Source of the DNA: Mobula birostris
Lineage: Eukaryota
Reading direction: 5' to 3'
Length of the DNA stretch: 64,000 bases
Assembly: GCF_030028105.1 (NCBI RefSeq)
Contig: NC_092380.1
Coordinates: 62,927,717-62,991,716, forward strand
Shown here: piece after piece, positions 24,256-38,780 of the stretch
Position numbering within the stretch: position 1 is the stretch's first letter
How the letters are laid out: the number at the start of each line of letters is the position of its first letter
Position numbers and translations under genes: made by a program
The notes under the pieces: model-generated
Seen by the model: the letters and a program-made list of their open reading frames with translations, nothing else
The model's database searches: none
Told to the model about the DNA's origin: nothing

Positions 24256-26505
24256 CATATTAGTAGACATGCTTTTGTCTCCTCTACAGTTTTTTTTTGT
24301 TCTGAAATTCAATCCTTAAAAATTCATGCAATTCGCTTCATTCTGACTTGTCCTTTATGTTTTTTTTCTATTATCTTCCTCCAGCTAACAGAGACCTTGA
24401 TGTCATTCAGAATTATCTTGAGCGTTATAGATAATAGGCAAGTGTATTTCTTAGAAATTTTAGCTTATTCTTCAATTTCTTCCTGTCAGAAAGGCATGAT
24501 TATATGACCCTTTCATGATTCTGTTGCAAAGACAATTTGGCATCATGATGATAGACCTTCCAGAGTGAAAAAGTTTTCAGATTTTTCTTGTTGGTTGATC
24601 ATATAGAGAAACGTTTGGATTTACACTAAATGCTTGTTATTATAAATGATCAACTGACAGAAATAAAATCCAAAGAATGTGGATTGTTCTGAAGGAACAG
24701 CAGAACAACAACAGACATTATCAATTTATTCCCTTCCCGTCATTAGAAAGTAAAGTTCCTGTAATAGTGACAGTCCAATTACAAGCTTATTTTAGTTGGA
24801 AAATTTGTTCATATGAATTTCACATTATAAACTGCAACAATTTGCCAATGCAGGAAATTTTTAGTTCACAATGAAACCCTGTAATTTAATCATAAGTTAA
24901 AATTACACTAACTAAATTAAGTTCCCTATTGGATCAGCAGGTCTGGGTTGAAGGCTGCAAATTGCAATGGTTTGTTTTATCTTGTCTGTGTAAGTTGTGA
25001 CTGACAAATATGATGGAACAGTAATTCCTCATTAAAAGTTTGCAGGATAATGTAGGCGCCATTGCATTGTTTTCTTGCAGATGTCTCAAGCTCCACCTCT
25101 GAGCTGAAAGCATCATGCTGTTGTTGACCTGAATGTATGTTCACAAAGCACTGCCACGTAGGTACACATAAAAATAGCCAACAATTTTGGACAAATCTGT
25201 TTAATAATCATTACAGTGTGGTTCACAATACAAACGTGCCAGGGTTTCATTCTGAAGACTTACTATAGCTTCCTCCACAGCAATTCCAAATCACAAGATC
25301 TTGAACAAAACTAAACAAGTAATCAGGCTACTAATTTAAATTAATTTACAGGATCCAATATGGCTGATAAGAGCAGCATTTAATATAAATCCTTAATTCC
25401 ATTTGAGAAGGTTGTGGTGAACTGCTTTTTTTGTTATTGAACAACTGCAGACCTTTTCAGAATACTGACCAAGCACTGATGAAGACTGTAATCATTTAGC
25501 ATGGTGTGCAATTTGATTGGGCAGGTAAAGCGGGGAAAAGATAAGGGAGAGAATCTAAGACAACTGCAATACTATATATAACTCTTTGTCTTCCTTTATG
25601 GTAAATATTGTGCAGCTGGATGCTGATGTTCAAACTAAGACAAGACAGTTTCCTAACTTCTGGAGTGAATACCTAAACTAGTATCCAGACTTTTGGAATG
25701 GTCTTCTTAGATTTCAGTTATCAAGGCTGTAATTGCATCCATGATTCAAAGCCTACAGAAATCCATTTATTAATGTTTTATTCAAAGGAAAACTTTCCCA
25801 ACATTACAGCACCTCTTCAGTATAAAGCTGAGTTTAAAGTGATAACCTTACTTTATTAGTTGTTTTTTTTCTAAACTGTTAAACCTATTTGAAAACAGTA
25901 ATATGTTTTACCTATCTAAATTGCAATTTATTCTCTCACACAACCTTACTGGTATTTCTTCAGAATTTAAACTTCTTTTGCTCCATATACATAATCATTT
26001 ACATTCTTTCTCCTTCCCACTTCTTCATAAAATCATATCACTTAGTGGTACTGTCCACATTTGTGCTCTGATGTGCTCTTCACAACAGTTTGAACTTGGC
26101 ATTACTGAAGCTACTTCTTAGATTTACCTTATCTTCTCTAGGTAATCTATCTAAGTCCTTGTGAATTAAGATAATACTAAGATTTACTATTTCTTGTCAC
26201 CACAATAAACTTTTATTGCAATGTAATTAATGTTCTGCAGCTATTGATTATGTGAGTCTGAAAATATCTGGTTCTTTCTAAAATCTTTTTGTGCATGTTT
26301 CATTGAAGCTTTTTAAATCACATTGAAACAACTTTTCCCCCTCAACATACATCCTAAACAAAAATCATCTGACTGATCTGTTTGTTTCTCTTTTAATTAC
26401 TTCACTCAAACTTCCATTCTTGGTGTTCATTTATCGTAAACGACCATATACAGCAATATATGAGAATCATTTTTGTGGTACCTCCAATGTGCCCTAGAGG
26501 ATGCA

Positions 26506-28519
26506 TAACATAGAAACATAGAAAATAGGTGCAGGAGTAGGCCATTCGGCCCTTCGAGCCTGCACCGCCATTCAGTATGATCATGGCTGATCATCCAGCT
26601 CAGAACCCTGTACCAGCCTTCCCTCCATACCCCCAATCCCTTTAGCCACAAGGGCCATATCTAACTCCCTCTTAAATATAGCCAATGAACTGGCCTCAAC
26701 TGTTTCCTGTGGCAGAGAATTCCACAGATTCACCACTCTCTGTGTGAAGAAGTTTTTCCTAATCTCGGTCCTAAAAGGCTTCCCCTTTATCCTCAAACTG
26801 TGACCCATCGTTCTGAACTTCCCCAACATCGGGAACAATCTTCCTGCATCTAGCCTGTCCAATCCCTTTAGGATTTTATACGTTTCAATCAGATCCCCCC
26901 TCAATCTTCTAAATTCCAACGAGTATAAGCCTAGTTCATCCAGTCTTTCATCATATGAAAGTCCTGCCATCCCAGGAATCAATCTGGTGAACCTTCTTTG
27001 TACTCCCTCTATGGCAAGGATGTCTTTCCTCAGATTAGGGGACCAAAACTGCACACGATACTCCAGGTGTGGTCTCACCAAGGCCTTGTACAACCGCAGT
27101 AGTACCTCCCTGCTCCTGTACTCAAATCCTCTTGCTATAAATGCCAGCATACCATTCGCTTTTTTCACCACCTGCTGTACCTGCATGCCCACTTTCAATG
27201 ACTGGTGTATAATGACACCCAGGTCTCGTTGCACCTCCCCTTTTCCTAATCGGCCACCATTCAGATAATAATCTGTTTTCCTGTTTTTGCCACCAAAGTG
27301 GATAACTTCACATTTATCCACATTAAATTGCATCTGCCATGAATTTGCCCACTCACCTAACCTATTCAAGTCACCCTGCATCCTCTTAGCATCCTCCTCA
27401 CAGCTAACACTGCCGCCCAGCTTCGAGTCATCCGCAGACTTGGAGTTGCTGCATTTAATTCCCTCATCCATGTCATTAATATATATTGTAAACAACTGGG
27501 GTCCCAGCACTGAGCCTTGCAGTACCCCACTAGTCACTGCCTGCCATTCTGAAAAGGTCCCGTTTATTCCCACTCTTTGCTTCCTGTCTGCCAACCAATT
27601 TTCTATCCACATCAATACCTTGCCCCCAATACCGTGTGCTTTAAGTTTGCACACTAATCTCCTGTGTGGGACCTTGTCAAAAGCCTTTTGAAAATCCAAA
27701 TATACCACATCCACTGGTTCTCCCCTATCCACTCTACTAGTTACATCCTCAAAAAATTCTGTGAGATTCGTCAGACATGATTTTCCTTTCACAAATCCAT
27801 GCTGACTTTGTCCGATGATTTCACCGCTTTCCAAATGTGCTGTTATTACATCTTTGGTAACTGACTCTAGCAGTTTCCCCACCACCGATGTTAGGCTGAT
27901 CGGTCTATAATTCCCTGGTTTCTCTCTCCCTCCTTTTTTAAAAAGTGGGGTTACATTAGCCACCCTCCAATCCTCAGGAACTAGTCCAGAATCTAAAGAG
28001 TTTTGAAAAATTATCACTAATGCATCCACTATTTCTTGGGCTACTTCCTTAAGCACTCCGGGATGCAGACCATCTGGCCCTGGGGATTTATCTGCCTTTA
28101 ATCCCTTCAATTTACCTAACACCACTTCCCTACTAACATGTATTTCCCTCAGTTCCTCCATCTCACTGGACCCTCTGTCCCCTACTATTTCCGGAAGATA
28201 TGTCCTCCTGAGTGAAGACAGAACCAAAGTAATTATTCAATTGGTCTGCCATGTCCTTGCTCCCCATAATCAATTCACCTGTTTCTGTCTGTAGGGGACC
28301 TACATTTGCCTTAACCAATCTTTTTCTTTTCACATATCTATAAAAGCTTTTACAGTCAGTTTCTATGTTCTCTGCCAGTTTTCTCTCATAATCTTTTTCC
28401 CCTTCCTAATTAAGCCCTTTGTCCTCCTCTGCTGAACTCTGAATTTCTCCCAGTCCTCAGGTGAGCCACTTTTTCTGGCTAATTTGTATGCTTCTTCTTT
28501 GGAATTGATACTATCCCTA
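26506..28519 (-). mobile_element. Young CR1 LINE, 5'-truncated, with a 548-aa open RT frame
   Basis: ORF 26581-28227 (KSPGPDG, YLDFQKAFDKV, QGSVLGP, KSADD); (TTCTATGT)n-type tail at 26506-26525. Confidence 0.95.
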
Positions 28520-29989
28520 GAGCTGATTAAGTACACGTTCTCCTCAGCTTGCAAACATCCAAGTTTTGTATGACTCATACATACAAACAAGCATTTGGAA
28601 TACCAGCAGAATAGATTTGCTGGCTGCAGCAGGACTGTGAGCATCTTCTGGCATGTGGAAACTCACTTCAAGCCTCATTTCCAACATGTGAATTGTTTGG
28701 GTTACACGGTGTATGTAACAAGTACAAGTCAGGAACAGACCCCGTCATAACCTGCAGCAGACCGGTACATATAAAATGTCATAATCATTGTCTATAAAGT
28801 GCTGCAGCCAATTTGTACATAGCTCCCATTGATAACAACACTTGCTATACAATTTGTCAGAGATGTTCATTGAGGTTAAATTTTAGCTAAAGCCCAATGA
28901 TTATACACCTGATTCTCATTAAAAAGGGGATATTTTTCATCCATGGAAGTTTAATACTTAAATAAATAACTTGTATATTTTACCACTGCTATGTTTGTGC
29001 AAAGGCCAAGAATGGCATCTGGAGAGAATTGGATGCAACTGAGGCCAAGGCAAGTTCAAGGGAGAACCAGCAAGGGAAAATTCCCTTAAGATAACATCAG
29101 CCTGTTCAGTAGATGACAGGTAATTTGCATCAATGGGGCTCAGGCAGGTGAGACAAATCTACACTTTGGATGTTCAGTGTGGAATGCAGAGTAACACACA
29201 AAAGATACTGGAGGAATCCAGCAGGTCAGGCAGTATCTATGGAAATGAATAAACAATCAACATTTTGGGCCGAGACCTTTCTTCAGGAAACTCATTAATT
29301 TTGTTTTAGCTTGTTTTATTTATGAGATGTGTACCTAAATAAATGCAAAACGCAAGGACGGGTTACACCTAACCCCGAGGTGGACCAGTGCTCTTGTGGG
29401 CAGGTTTGCTTGAGCTGTTGGTACAGTTTAAGCTAACTTGACAGGGGAATGGGAACTGGAATGATAAGGCTGAGGGTGGGGCATTTGGTAGACAGGCAGA
29501 TGCAGTGTGTAGTGAGACTATGAGAATGGACAGGCAGATGATTGGGCAAAATTGCAGTCAAGTGCTGAATTGAGTTGAAGCGTAACTTGGGGGCAAAATC
29601 GAAAAGGGTGATGAATACAGGACAGAAGGTGTTATATTTGAATGCACACAGTAGACAAAATAAAGTAGATGATCTTGTAGCACAGGTAGAGATTGGCAGG
29701 TTTGACTTGGGCATCACTGAGTTCTGGCTGATAGAAGATTGTAGTTTGCGCTTAACTTCCAAGGCTACACATTTTATCAAAAGTACAGGCAGGTAGGTAG
29801 AGGGGTTGGCATGATTCCGTTGATAAAAATCTTAGGAGGAGGTGACATTGGATTGGAAGATGTAGAATCCTTGCAGTAGAGTTAAGTAACAGCAAGGGTA
29901 AAAAGACCCTGATGGGAGCTACAGTGTATGCAGGTGTCCAAACATTAGCCAGGATGTGGGATGTAAATTACAATGGGAGATAGAAAAGC

Positions 29990-32900
29990 CATAGAGTCAG
30001 AGAGAAGTACAGCACAGAAACAGGCCTTTCAGCCCATCTATTCCATGCCGAAACCATTTAAACTGTCCACTTCCATCGATCTGCACTGGGACTGTAGCCC
30101 TCCATATCCCTACTATCCATGTACCTATCCAAACTTCTCTCAAACATTGAAATCGAGCTTGCATACAGCACTTGTGCTGGCAGCTCATTCCACACTTTCA
30201 CAACTCTCTGAGTGAAGTGCTCCTCATGTTCCCATCAAACTTCTCACCTTTCAACCTTAACTCATCACTTTTAGCTGTAGTCCCTCCCAACCTTCATGGA
30301 AAAAAAACGCTTGCATTTACCCTATCTATACCCTTCATAATTTTGTATACCTCTATCAAATCTCCTCTCAATCTCCTATGTTCTAAAGAGTACAGTTCTA
30401 ACCTATTCAACCTTTCCTTATAACTCAGACTCTGGCAACATCCTTGTAAATTTTTTCTGTACTCTTTCAACCGTTTTTACATGTTTCCCATAGGTAGGTG
30501 ACTAAAACTGCACAGAATACTCCAAATTAGGCTTCAGCAACATCTTGTACAACTTAAAACGTAACATCCCATCTTTTGTATTCAGTACATTGATTTATGA
30601 AGGCTAATGTGCCAAAATCTTTCTTTACAACCCTATCTACCTGTGACACCACTTACAATGAGTTATGGCGAAAAACCAGAAATTAAGAAGAACATTGAAG
30701 GTCCAAGTATTTTAAAATCTGAAGTTCGTAATGCAATAAATAAGATGAAGAAAGGAAAGGCAGCAGGTCCTGATGAATTAGTAATAGAACAAATTATTGC
30801 CCTTGAAGATTATGGAATTGAAAAACTTACTGATTTAATCAATGACATTTATGAGACTGGAATAATACCAGAAGAGATGAAAAAATCAGTATTTAACACT
30901 CTTCCTAAGAAACCTGGAGCAATAAAATGTGAATCACATACGGCCATAAGTTTAATGAGTCATATCACTAAGGTACTTCTAAGAATTTTGATGACAAGAG
31001 CTAAAAGTAAGATACAAGCTGAAATAGGTAAAGAACAATGTGGTTTTGTGAAAGACTAAGGTACAAGAAACGCGATATTGATGAAAAGGATACTATCAGT
31101 ACGAGCTATTCAAGTGTAAAAAGATTGTTTGTTTTATTGACTACACAAAAACATTTGATAAAATGAAGCACAATAAGTTATTTGAAATATTACAGGAAAC
31201 TCTAGATCTAGATTCGAAAGACCTCCGCCTAATCAGAAATCTGTACTGGGAACAAACTACCGCTGTAAGAATAGATGGAGAAGTGAGTCAGTTTACAAAA
31301 ATCAAGACAAGCGTTAGACAAGGGTGTGTTTTCTCCCCTGATTTGTTTAATGTGTACAGTGAAACAATATTACAAAAAATAGACATCTTGGGAATCAAAG
31401 TTGGCGGTGAAAACATCAATAACTTCAGATATGTGGATGACACTGTTAATTGCAAGTACAGAGGAAGAACTACAAAACTTAATTGATATAGTTGTTGAAG
31501 AAAGTGCAAAAATTGGTCTATCTATCAGTCGCAAAAAGACAATGTATGGTGATATCCAAAAAGAAGGAGAATCCTATCTGCAAGCTGAAAATAAACGGGG
31601 AAGACATAAAACAAATACGGAACTTTTGCTACTTAGGAAGCTGGGTGATATCAGATGGCAGGTGCGACATGGACATCAGAAGAATAGGGATGACAAAAGA
31701 CACCTTTACGAGAATGAAGAGTATAATGACTAACACTAAACTACGGCATGACAACCCGCCTCAACTGAAATATTACGTTTATCCAGTTATGTTATATGGA
31801 TCGGAATTGGACAATATCTAGTAACATGAGGAAACAAATTGAAGCAGCAGAGATGTGGTTTTTGAGAAGGATGCAAAGAATATAATGGACAAAACGTATC
31901 TAACGAGGATGTCATGAACAAAGCAAGCACAAAATGAGAAATAATGCATGAGATCATGAAAAGGCAACGTAGCTTCATTGGACATGTAATTAGGAAAGAG
32001 GAGTTAGAATGCACGGTAATTATGGGAAAGATTGAAGGGAAGAAAGCAAGAGGAAGGCAAAGGCAAAAGATGATGGAGACAGCAGCCAGAGAACTGGAAA
32101 TGAATACCAATGAATTGTTCCACTTGACCCAAAACAGGAGTGTGTGGGCCATGGCAGGCAAAGCTCAATCTGGGCATGGCATCTGTTGATGATGATGATG
32201 ATTCCCAGATCCCTTTGCTCTACCACAGTGCCCTACCGTTCACTGTGTAAGACCTACCCTGGTTAGTTCTACCAAAGTGCAAAACCTTGCACTTGTCTGC
32301 ATTAAATTCCATCTGCCATTTTTCAGCCCATTTTCCCAGCTGATGCAGATCTCTCTGGAAGCCATGATAGCCTTCTTCACTGTCCACTACACCCCCCCCC
32401 CCCCAACCTTGGTGTCATCCGCAAATTTACTAATCCAGTTAACCACATTATCATCCAGATTGTTGATATAGATGACAAACAGCTAAGGACCCAGCACTGA
32501 TCCCTGCGGCACACCACTAGCCACAGGCCTCCAGACAGAGAGGCAATCCTCTACTACCACTCTCTGACTTCTCCCACAAAGCCAATGCCTAATCCAATTT
32601 ACTATCTCATCCTGAATGCCGAGTGACTGAACCTTCTTGACTAGCCTCTCATGTCGGAGCTTGTCAAATGCCTTACTGAAGTCTATGTAGAGAACGTCCA
32701 CTGCATTTCCTTCATCCACTTCCTGATAACTTCCTCAAAAATAACTTGATAAGATTAGTTAGACATAACCTACCACACATTAAGCCACGTAGACTATCCT
32801 TAATCAGTCCATGTCTATCCAAATACTTGAATATCTGGTCCCTTAGAATATCTTACAATAACTTTCCCACAACTGATGTCAGACTCACCAACCTATAATT

Positions 32901-33843
32901 TCCTGGTTTATGTCTAGAATGTTTTTAAACAGCGGAGCAGCATTGGCTATTCTTCAATCCTCTGGTACCTCTCCTGTTGCAAAGGATGTTTTAAATATCT
33001 CTGCTAGGGACCCGGCAGTTTTTGGACTTGGCTCCCGTAGGGTCCAAGGGAATACATTGTCAGGCACTGGAGATTTATCGACCCTGATTTCCCTCATGAC
33101 AGCAAACTCCTCTGTAATTTGTACAGGGTCCATGACGTTAATTTGCTTCACTTCTATAGAATGTATCCGTCTCCCGAGTAAATACAGATGCAAAGAATGC
33201 ATTAAAATCTCCCCCCCCCCCCCCCAATCTGTTTGGCTCCTCACATGGATTACTATTCTTAGGGGATCAATTTTGTCCCTTGCAATCATTTTGCTCCTAA
33301 CATACCTGCAGAATTCCTTAGGATTCTCCTTCACCTTGTCTGCTAGAGCAACTTCATGCCTTCTTTTAGCCTTCCTGATTTCTTTCTTAAGTGTTCTCTT
33401 GCATTTCTTGTACTCCACAAGCATTTGTTTCTACTTGCCTATACCTGCTATGCACTTCCTTTTTTCTCTAAACCAGGGCATCAATATCCCTTGGAAATCA
33501 ATGTTCCCTACACTTGTTAGCTTTACCTTTTATTCTGACAGCCACATCCAGGCTTTGTACTCTCAAAATTTCATTTTTGAAGGCCTCTACGTACCTCATC
33601 GCCAGAAAACAGCCTGTCCCAATCCACACTTGCCAGATCATTTCTAATACCATCAACATTGACCTTTCTCCAATTTAGAATCTCAACCCGCAGACCAGAC
33701 CTATCTTTCTGCATGTTTACTTTGAAGCTAATGGCATTGTAGTCACTGGATTCAAAGGTCTTCCCCAACACAAACTTCTGTCACCTGCCCTGTCTCATTC
33801 CTTAATAGCAGAACCAGTATCACATGCACTCTCGTTGGGACTT
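29990..33843 (-). mobile_element. CR1 LINE inserted in opposite orientation (split by an RTE)
   Basis: 3' tail near 29990-30030; DFSKAFDK, GVPQGSVLGP at 32483-32719; DKSPVPD at 32954-33424. Confidence 0.85.
30656..32202 (+). mobile_element. RTE-clade LINE with (GAT)n tail
   Basis: MKKGKAAGPD, VRQGCVFSPDLFNVYSE, NFRYVDDT, GKIEGKKARGRQR; GATGATGATGATGAT at 32188-32202. Confidence 0.9.
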
Positions 33844-34896
33844 CTATATCACATGCTCTCTCATAGGGACTATGTTACAATAGTCATGGGGGATTTCAAT
33901 ATGCAGATAGATTGGGAAAATGTGGTTGATGCTGGATCCCAAGATAGGGAATTTGCAGAATGCCGAGATTTTTTTTAAGAGCAGCTTGTGGTTGAGCCCA
34001 CTAGGAGAAAGGCAATTCTGAATTGGGTGTTGTGTAATGCAGCAGATTTGATTAGGGAGCTTAAGGTAAAGGAACCCTTTGGAGTCAGTGATCATAATAC
34101 GATAGAACTCATTCTGCAGTCTGAGGAGAGATAATGCTAGATGCATCAGTATTACAGTGGAGTAAAGAGAATTACAGAGGCATGAGAGAGGAGCTGGCCT
34201 AAGTTAATTGGAAGGGAACTCTGGCAGATGTGACAGCAGAACAGGAATGGCTGGAGTATCTGAGGGTAATATGGAAGCTGAAGGATAGATACCAAAGATC
34301 CTAAAGATGAAGAAGAATTCTAAAAGGAGAGTGAGCCACCTGTGGCTGACAAGGGGAGTCAAAGACGACATAAGAGGAAAAGAGGGGGCAAATGGTATAA
34401 CAAAAACCAACAGAAGGCAACTAAAAAGCCATAAGGAGAGAAAAGAAGAAATACGAAAATAAGCTAGCCAATAATATCAAGGAGGATACCAAAGGTTTTT
34501 TTTTTCAGATATATAAAGAGTAAAAGTGAGGGAAGACTGGATATCAGACTGCAGGAAAATGACACTGGACAGGTAGTAATGGGGGACAATGAAAGGGCAG
34601 ACAAATTTAATAAGTATTTTGTTTCAGAAATTTGATTGTGTCAGGGGTCAGTAGTGAGTGTATTTGCTCTTTCTAAGAGAAGATTCTTGGGAAACTGGAA
34701 GGTCTAAAGGTAGTTAAGTCACCTGGATGAGATGAACCCCAGGGTTCTGAAGAGGTAGCTGAAGAGATTCCGGAGGTATTAGTAATGATCTTTAAGAATC
34801 ACTAGATTCTGGAATGATTCCAGAGGACTGGAAGATTGTAAGTGTCACTCCACTCTTTAAGAAGGGAGGGAAGCAGAAGAAAGGAAGTTATAGGCC

Positions 34897-35168
34897 AGCA
34901 ACACACATCAAAGTTGCTGGTGAACGCAGCAGGCCAGGCAGCATCTCTAGGAAGAGGTACAGTTGACGTTTCGGGCCGAGACCCTTCGTCAGGACTAACT
35001 GAAAGAAGAGCTAGTAAGAGATTCGAAAGTGGGAGGGGGAGGGGGAGATCCAAAATGATAGGAGAAGACAGGAGAGGGAGGGATGGAGCCAAAAGCTGGA
35101 CAGTTGATTGGCAAAAAGGATATGAGAGGATCATGGGACAGGAGGCCCAGGGAGAAAGAAAAGGGCAA
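34897..35168 (-). mobile_element. Penelope terminal repeat with near-intact hammerhead
   Basis: Minus strand TAGTCCTGACGAAGGGTCTCGGCCCGAAACGTCAACTG at ~34961-34998. Confidence 0.8.
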
Positions 35169-36264
35169 AGTTAGATGCAGGGCCAGTAAAAATAGGCAGG
35201 AGCAAAGTAATAGGTACGATGGGGCAGGTAGTTTTAAGTGTGTGTATTTTAATGGTAGGAATATTTTGGGTAAAGATGATGAACTTAGAGCATATATCAG
35301 TACATGAAATTATGATACTGTGGCCACTACAGAGACTTGATGGAGAAAGGGACAGGAATGGGTGCTTAATGTTCCGTGGTTTTGTTGTTTTAGAAAAGAT
35401 AGAGAAGGAGGTAAAAGACCAGGGGAAGTTGCATGACTAATCAGGGAGAATCTTACAGCTGCACTCAGAGGGGACATAATGGAGGACTTGTCCAATGAGT
35501 CTATATGAGTGGAACTCAAAAATAGGAAGGGTGCAATCACTTTGATGGGATTGTGCTACACAGTCCACAATAGCCACCGGGATATCGAGGAACAGATATG
35601 CAGGCAGATTAAGGAAAGGTGTAAAAACAAGAGGGTTGCTGTCATGGGGGATTTCAACTTCCCTAATATAAACTGTGACCTTCATAGAGCAAGAAGTTTA
35701 GATGTTAGGTGCATCCAGGAGGGTTTCTTAAATCAATCTGCAGATAATACAGCAAGACGAGGAGGCTGTACTGGATCTGGTGTTGGGTAATGAGCCTGGC
35801 CAGGTGACTGACTTTTCAGAGTGGGTGAGCAGTTAGGGATCAGTGACTGCAATTCCTTAAGTCTTAAGGTAGCTATAGATAAGGTTGAGCATGGACTTTG
35901 TGGGACAGTATTAAACTGGAGCAGGGCAAATTACAGGAGCATTAGACAGGAACTAGGAAGAGTTAATTGGGAACGGCTGTTTTTGGGCAAGTCCACATCC
36001 CACATGTGGAGTGTGTTTAAAGACCAACTGCACAAAGTATAACATTGGTATGTTTCAGTCAGAAGGAAGGACAATGATGGCAAGATAAGAGAACTTTGGA
36101 TGCCAAGGGAAGTGATGAATTTAGGCAAGAAGAAAAAAGAAAACTATGTAAAAAGCTTTGGAAACTCAAATTAAACAACGTCCTGGAGGATTATAAAGAA
36201 GCCAGAAAAGATCTCAAGAAGGGAAATAGTAAAGCCGGGGGGGGGGGGGTGCGTGAAAAGACTA

Positions 36265-38218
36265 TTAAACCAAAAGACATAGAAGCAGAATTTGGCCAAT
36301 CAGCTCATCAACTCTGCTCTGCTATTCCATCATGGCTGAATTATTATCCTTCTCAACTACATTCTCCTGCCTTCTCCCCAATACCTTTGACACTCTGATT
36401 AATCAAGAATGTTATCAACCTGGGCACATGGCCAAGTGGTGAAAGCATTGGACTAGCGACCTGAAGGTCGCGAGTTCGAGCCCCAGCCGAGGCAACGTGT
36501 GTTGTGTCCTTGAGCAAGGCACTTAATCACACATTGCTCTGCGACAACATTGGTGTCATGGAGAGGGGAAACTTGCAGCATGGGCAACAGCTAGTCTTCC
36601 ATACAACCTTGCCCAGGCCTGCGCCCTGGAGAGTGAAGACTTTCCAGGCATAGATCCATGGTCTCGCAAGACTAACGGATGCTTTTACTACTATCAACCT
36701 TCACCTTTAAAATACCAATTGACTTGTCCTGCATAACCGTCTGTGGCAAACAATTCAACAGATTCACCACACTCTGGTTAAATAAATTCCTCCTTATCTC
36801 TATTCTAAATGAAGGTTCCTCTATTCTGAGGCTATACCCTCTGGTTCTGGACTCCCCCACTACAGGTAACGTCTTCTACATATACACTCTATCTAGGCCT
36901 TTCAATATTCTATAGATTTCAATGAAATCCCCTCTGATTCTTCTAAACTTCAGCAAGTACAAACCCAGAGCAAGCAAAAGCTGCTCATGTGTTAATCCTT
37001 TCATTCCTCAAATCATTTGCGTGAAGCTCCTCTGGACACTCTCCAATGTGAGCACATCTTTTCTTAGATAAGGGCCCAAAACTGCTCACAATACTCCAAG
37101 TGCAGTCAGATCAATGCCTTATGAAGTCTCGGCATTATATCCTTGCTTTTGTATTCTACTGCTCTTGAAATGAATGCGAACATGGTATTTGCCTTCCTTA
37201 CCATCAACTCAACCTGCAAGTTAACCTTTAGGGAATCCTGCTAGAGGACTCCCAGGTCCCTTTGCAGCTCTGGTTTTTGAATTTTAGAAAATAGTCCATA
37301 TATTTGTTCCTTCTACCAAAGTGCATAAGCATGCACTTCCCTACACTATATTCCATCTGCCATTTCATTACCTATTCTCCTCATCTGTCTGAGTCATTCT
37401 GCACACTCCTTGCTTCCTCAGCACTACCTGCCCTCCACCTATCTTCATATCGTACACAAACTTGGCCACAAACCCCTCAATTCCTTCATCCAGATCGTTG
37501 ACATATAATGTGAAAGGAACGGTCTCAACACCAACCTGTGTCATAATGCTAGTCACCAGCACCCAACCAGAAAAGTCTCCCTTTATTCTGACTCTTTGCT
37601 GCCTGCCAGTCAGCTAATCTTCTAGCCATGCTAGTATCTTTCCTGTAACACCATGGATTCTTACCTTGTTATGCAGCTTCATGTGTGGTGCCTTGCCTAA
37701 GGTCTTCTGTAAATCCAAATAGACAATATCCACTGACTCTCCTTTGTCTATTCTGTTTGTTATTTCCTCAAAGAATTTCAACAGATTTATTAGGCAAGAT
37801 TTCCCTTTAAGTAAACCCTGCTGACTTTGGCCTATTTTGTCATGTGCTTCCAAGTATCCTTAAACCTCATTCTTAATAATAGACTTCAACATCTTTCCAA
37901 CCACTGAAGTCAGGGTAACTGGCCTATAATTTCCTTTCTTCTTTCTCCCTCCCTTCTTAAAGAGAGGAATGACATTTGAAATTTTCCAGCCTCCAGAACC
38001 ATTCCAGAACACAGTGTTTCTTGAAAGATTATTACTAATGCCTCTCTCCAGCTACCTCTTTCAGAACCCTGTGGTATAGTTCATCAGGTCCAGCTAGCTT
38101 ATCTATCTTAAGACTCTCAGCTTCCCATGCAACTTCTTCTTAGTAATAGCCACAACACTCACTTCTGCCCCCTGACACTCACGTTTGTGGCATTCTGAAA
38201 GTGTCTTCCACTGTGAGG
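36265..38218 (-). mobile_element. CR1 LINE inserted in opposite orientation
   Basis: GESRTRG, AKFVYD, KSCLINLLKFFEE in minus-strand frames. Confidence 0.8.
36422..36691 (+). mobile_element. tRNA-derived CORE-like SINE, full length
   Basis: A box TGGCCAAGTGG, B box GAGTTCGAGCC, CORE-like TGTGTCCTTGAGCAAGGCACTTAA; exact 9-bp TSD TATCAACCT at 36413-36421 and 36692-36700. Confidence 0.88.
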
Positions 38219-38780
38219 ACAGACACAAGTTCTTGGCATACATCAGGAGCACGAGGATGAGATGGGACCATAAAGGGAGGAACATTTGCTTGGATGCACA
38301 GGATGTGGGTAAGGTCCTTAAAGAGTACATCTGTATTTACCAAGGAGAAGGATGTGCAAGATAGAGAGATCAGTGACGAGTATTAACATGCTAGGGAATT
38401 TTGAAATGAAAGAGGAGGTAGTGTTGGGTTTCTTAAAGAGCATTAAGGTGGATAAGTCCCCAGGCTTAATGGGATATACCCAAGGTTATTGATAGAGGCA
38501 AGAGTTTGCTGGGACCTTGACTAATATCTTTGTGCCCTTTCTAGACACAGGTGAGGTCCAGGAGAACTGGCAAGCAGCTAACGTTCCAATGTTTGAGAAG
38601 GGAATCAGGGGTAATCCTGGAAACTATAGACCTGTGAGTCTCACGTCAATGTTAGGGGAGTTACTGGAAAGCTTTCTTAGGGATTGGATTTACAAGCATT
38701 TGGAAAACCATGGCCTAATTAGAAAGAACCATCATGGCTTTGTGTGGGGCATGTTGTGTCTTTTTAACTTGATTGAATTT

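Larger units (their letters stand above)
29400..34893 (+). mobile_element. Degraded CR1 host (pieces ~29400-29987 and ~33860-34893)
   Basis: LYLNAHSRQNKVDDL in the first piece; MGDFNMQIDW, SDHN and linker in the second; colinear once the insert is removed. Confidence 0.75.

Noticed and set aside
24399-24500. Peptide RIILSVIDNRQVYFLEILAYSSISS loosely resembling TKFC [21 protein letters not shown]
   Set aside because: Only FLE matches exactly, there is no proper donor site, and no colinear neighbouring exons; consistent with chance.
26492-28522. CCCTAGAG on both sides of the CR1 as a possible TSD
   Set aside because: The left copy is about 7 nt away from the tail, so it cannot be confirmed.
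32910-33647. 245-aa plus-strand ORF (similar ones at 20724-21260 and 27287-27691)
   Set aside because: Antisense shadow frames of CR1 ORF2.
36422-36495. tRNA-like sequence
   Set aside because: It is a SINE head followed by a CORE-like body, tail and TSD; the acceptor stem is incomplete.
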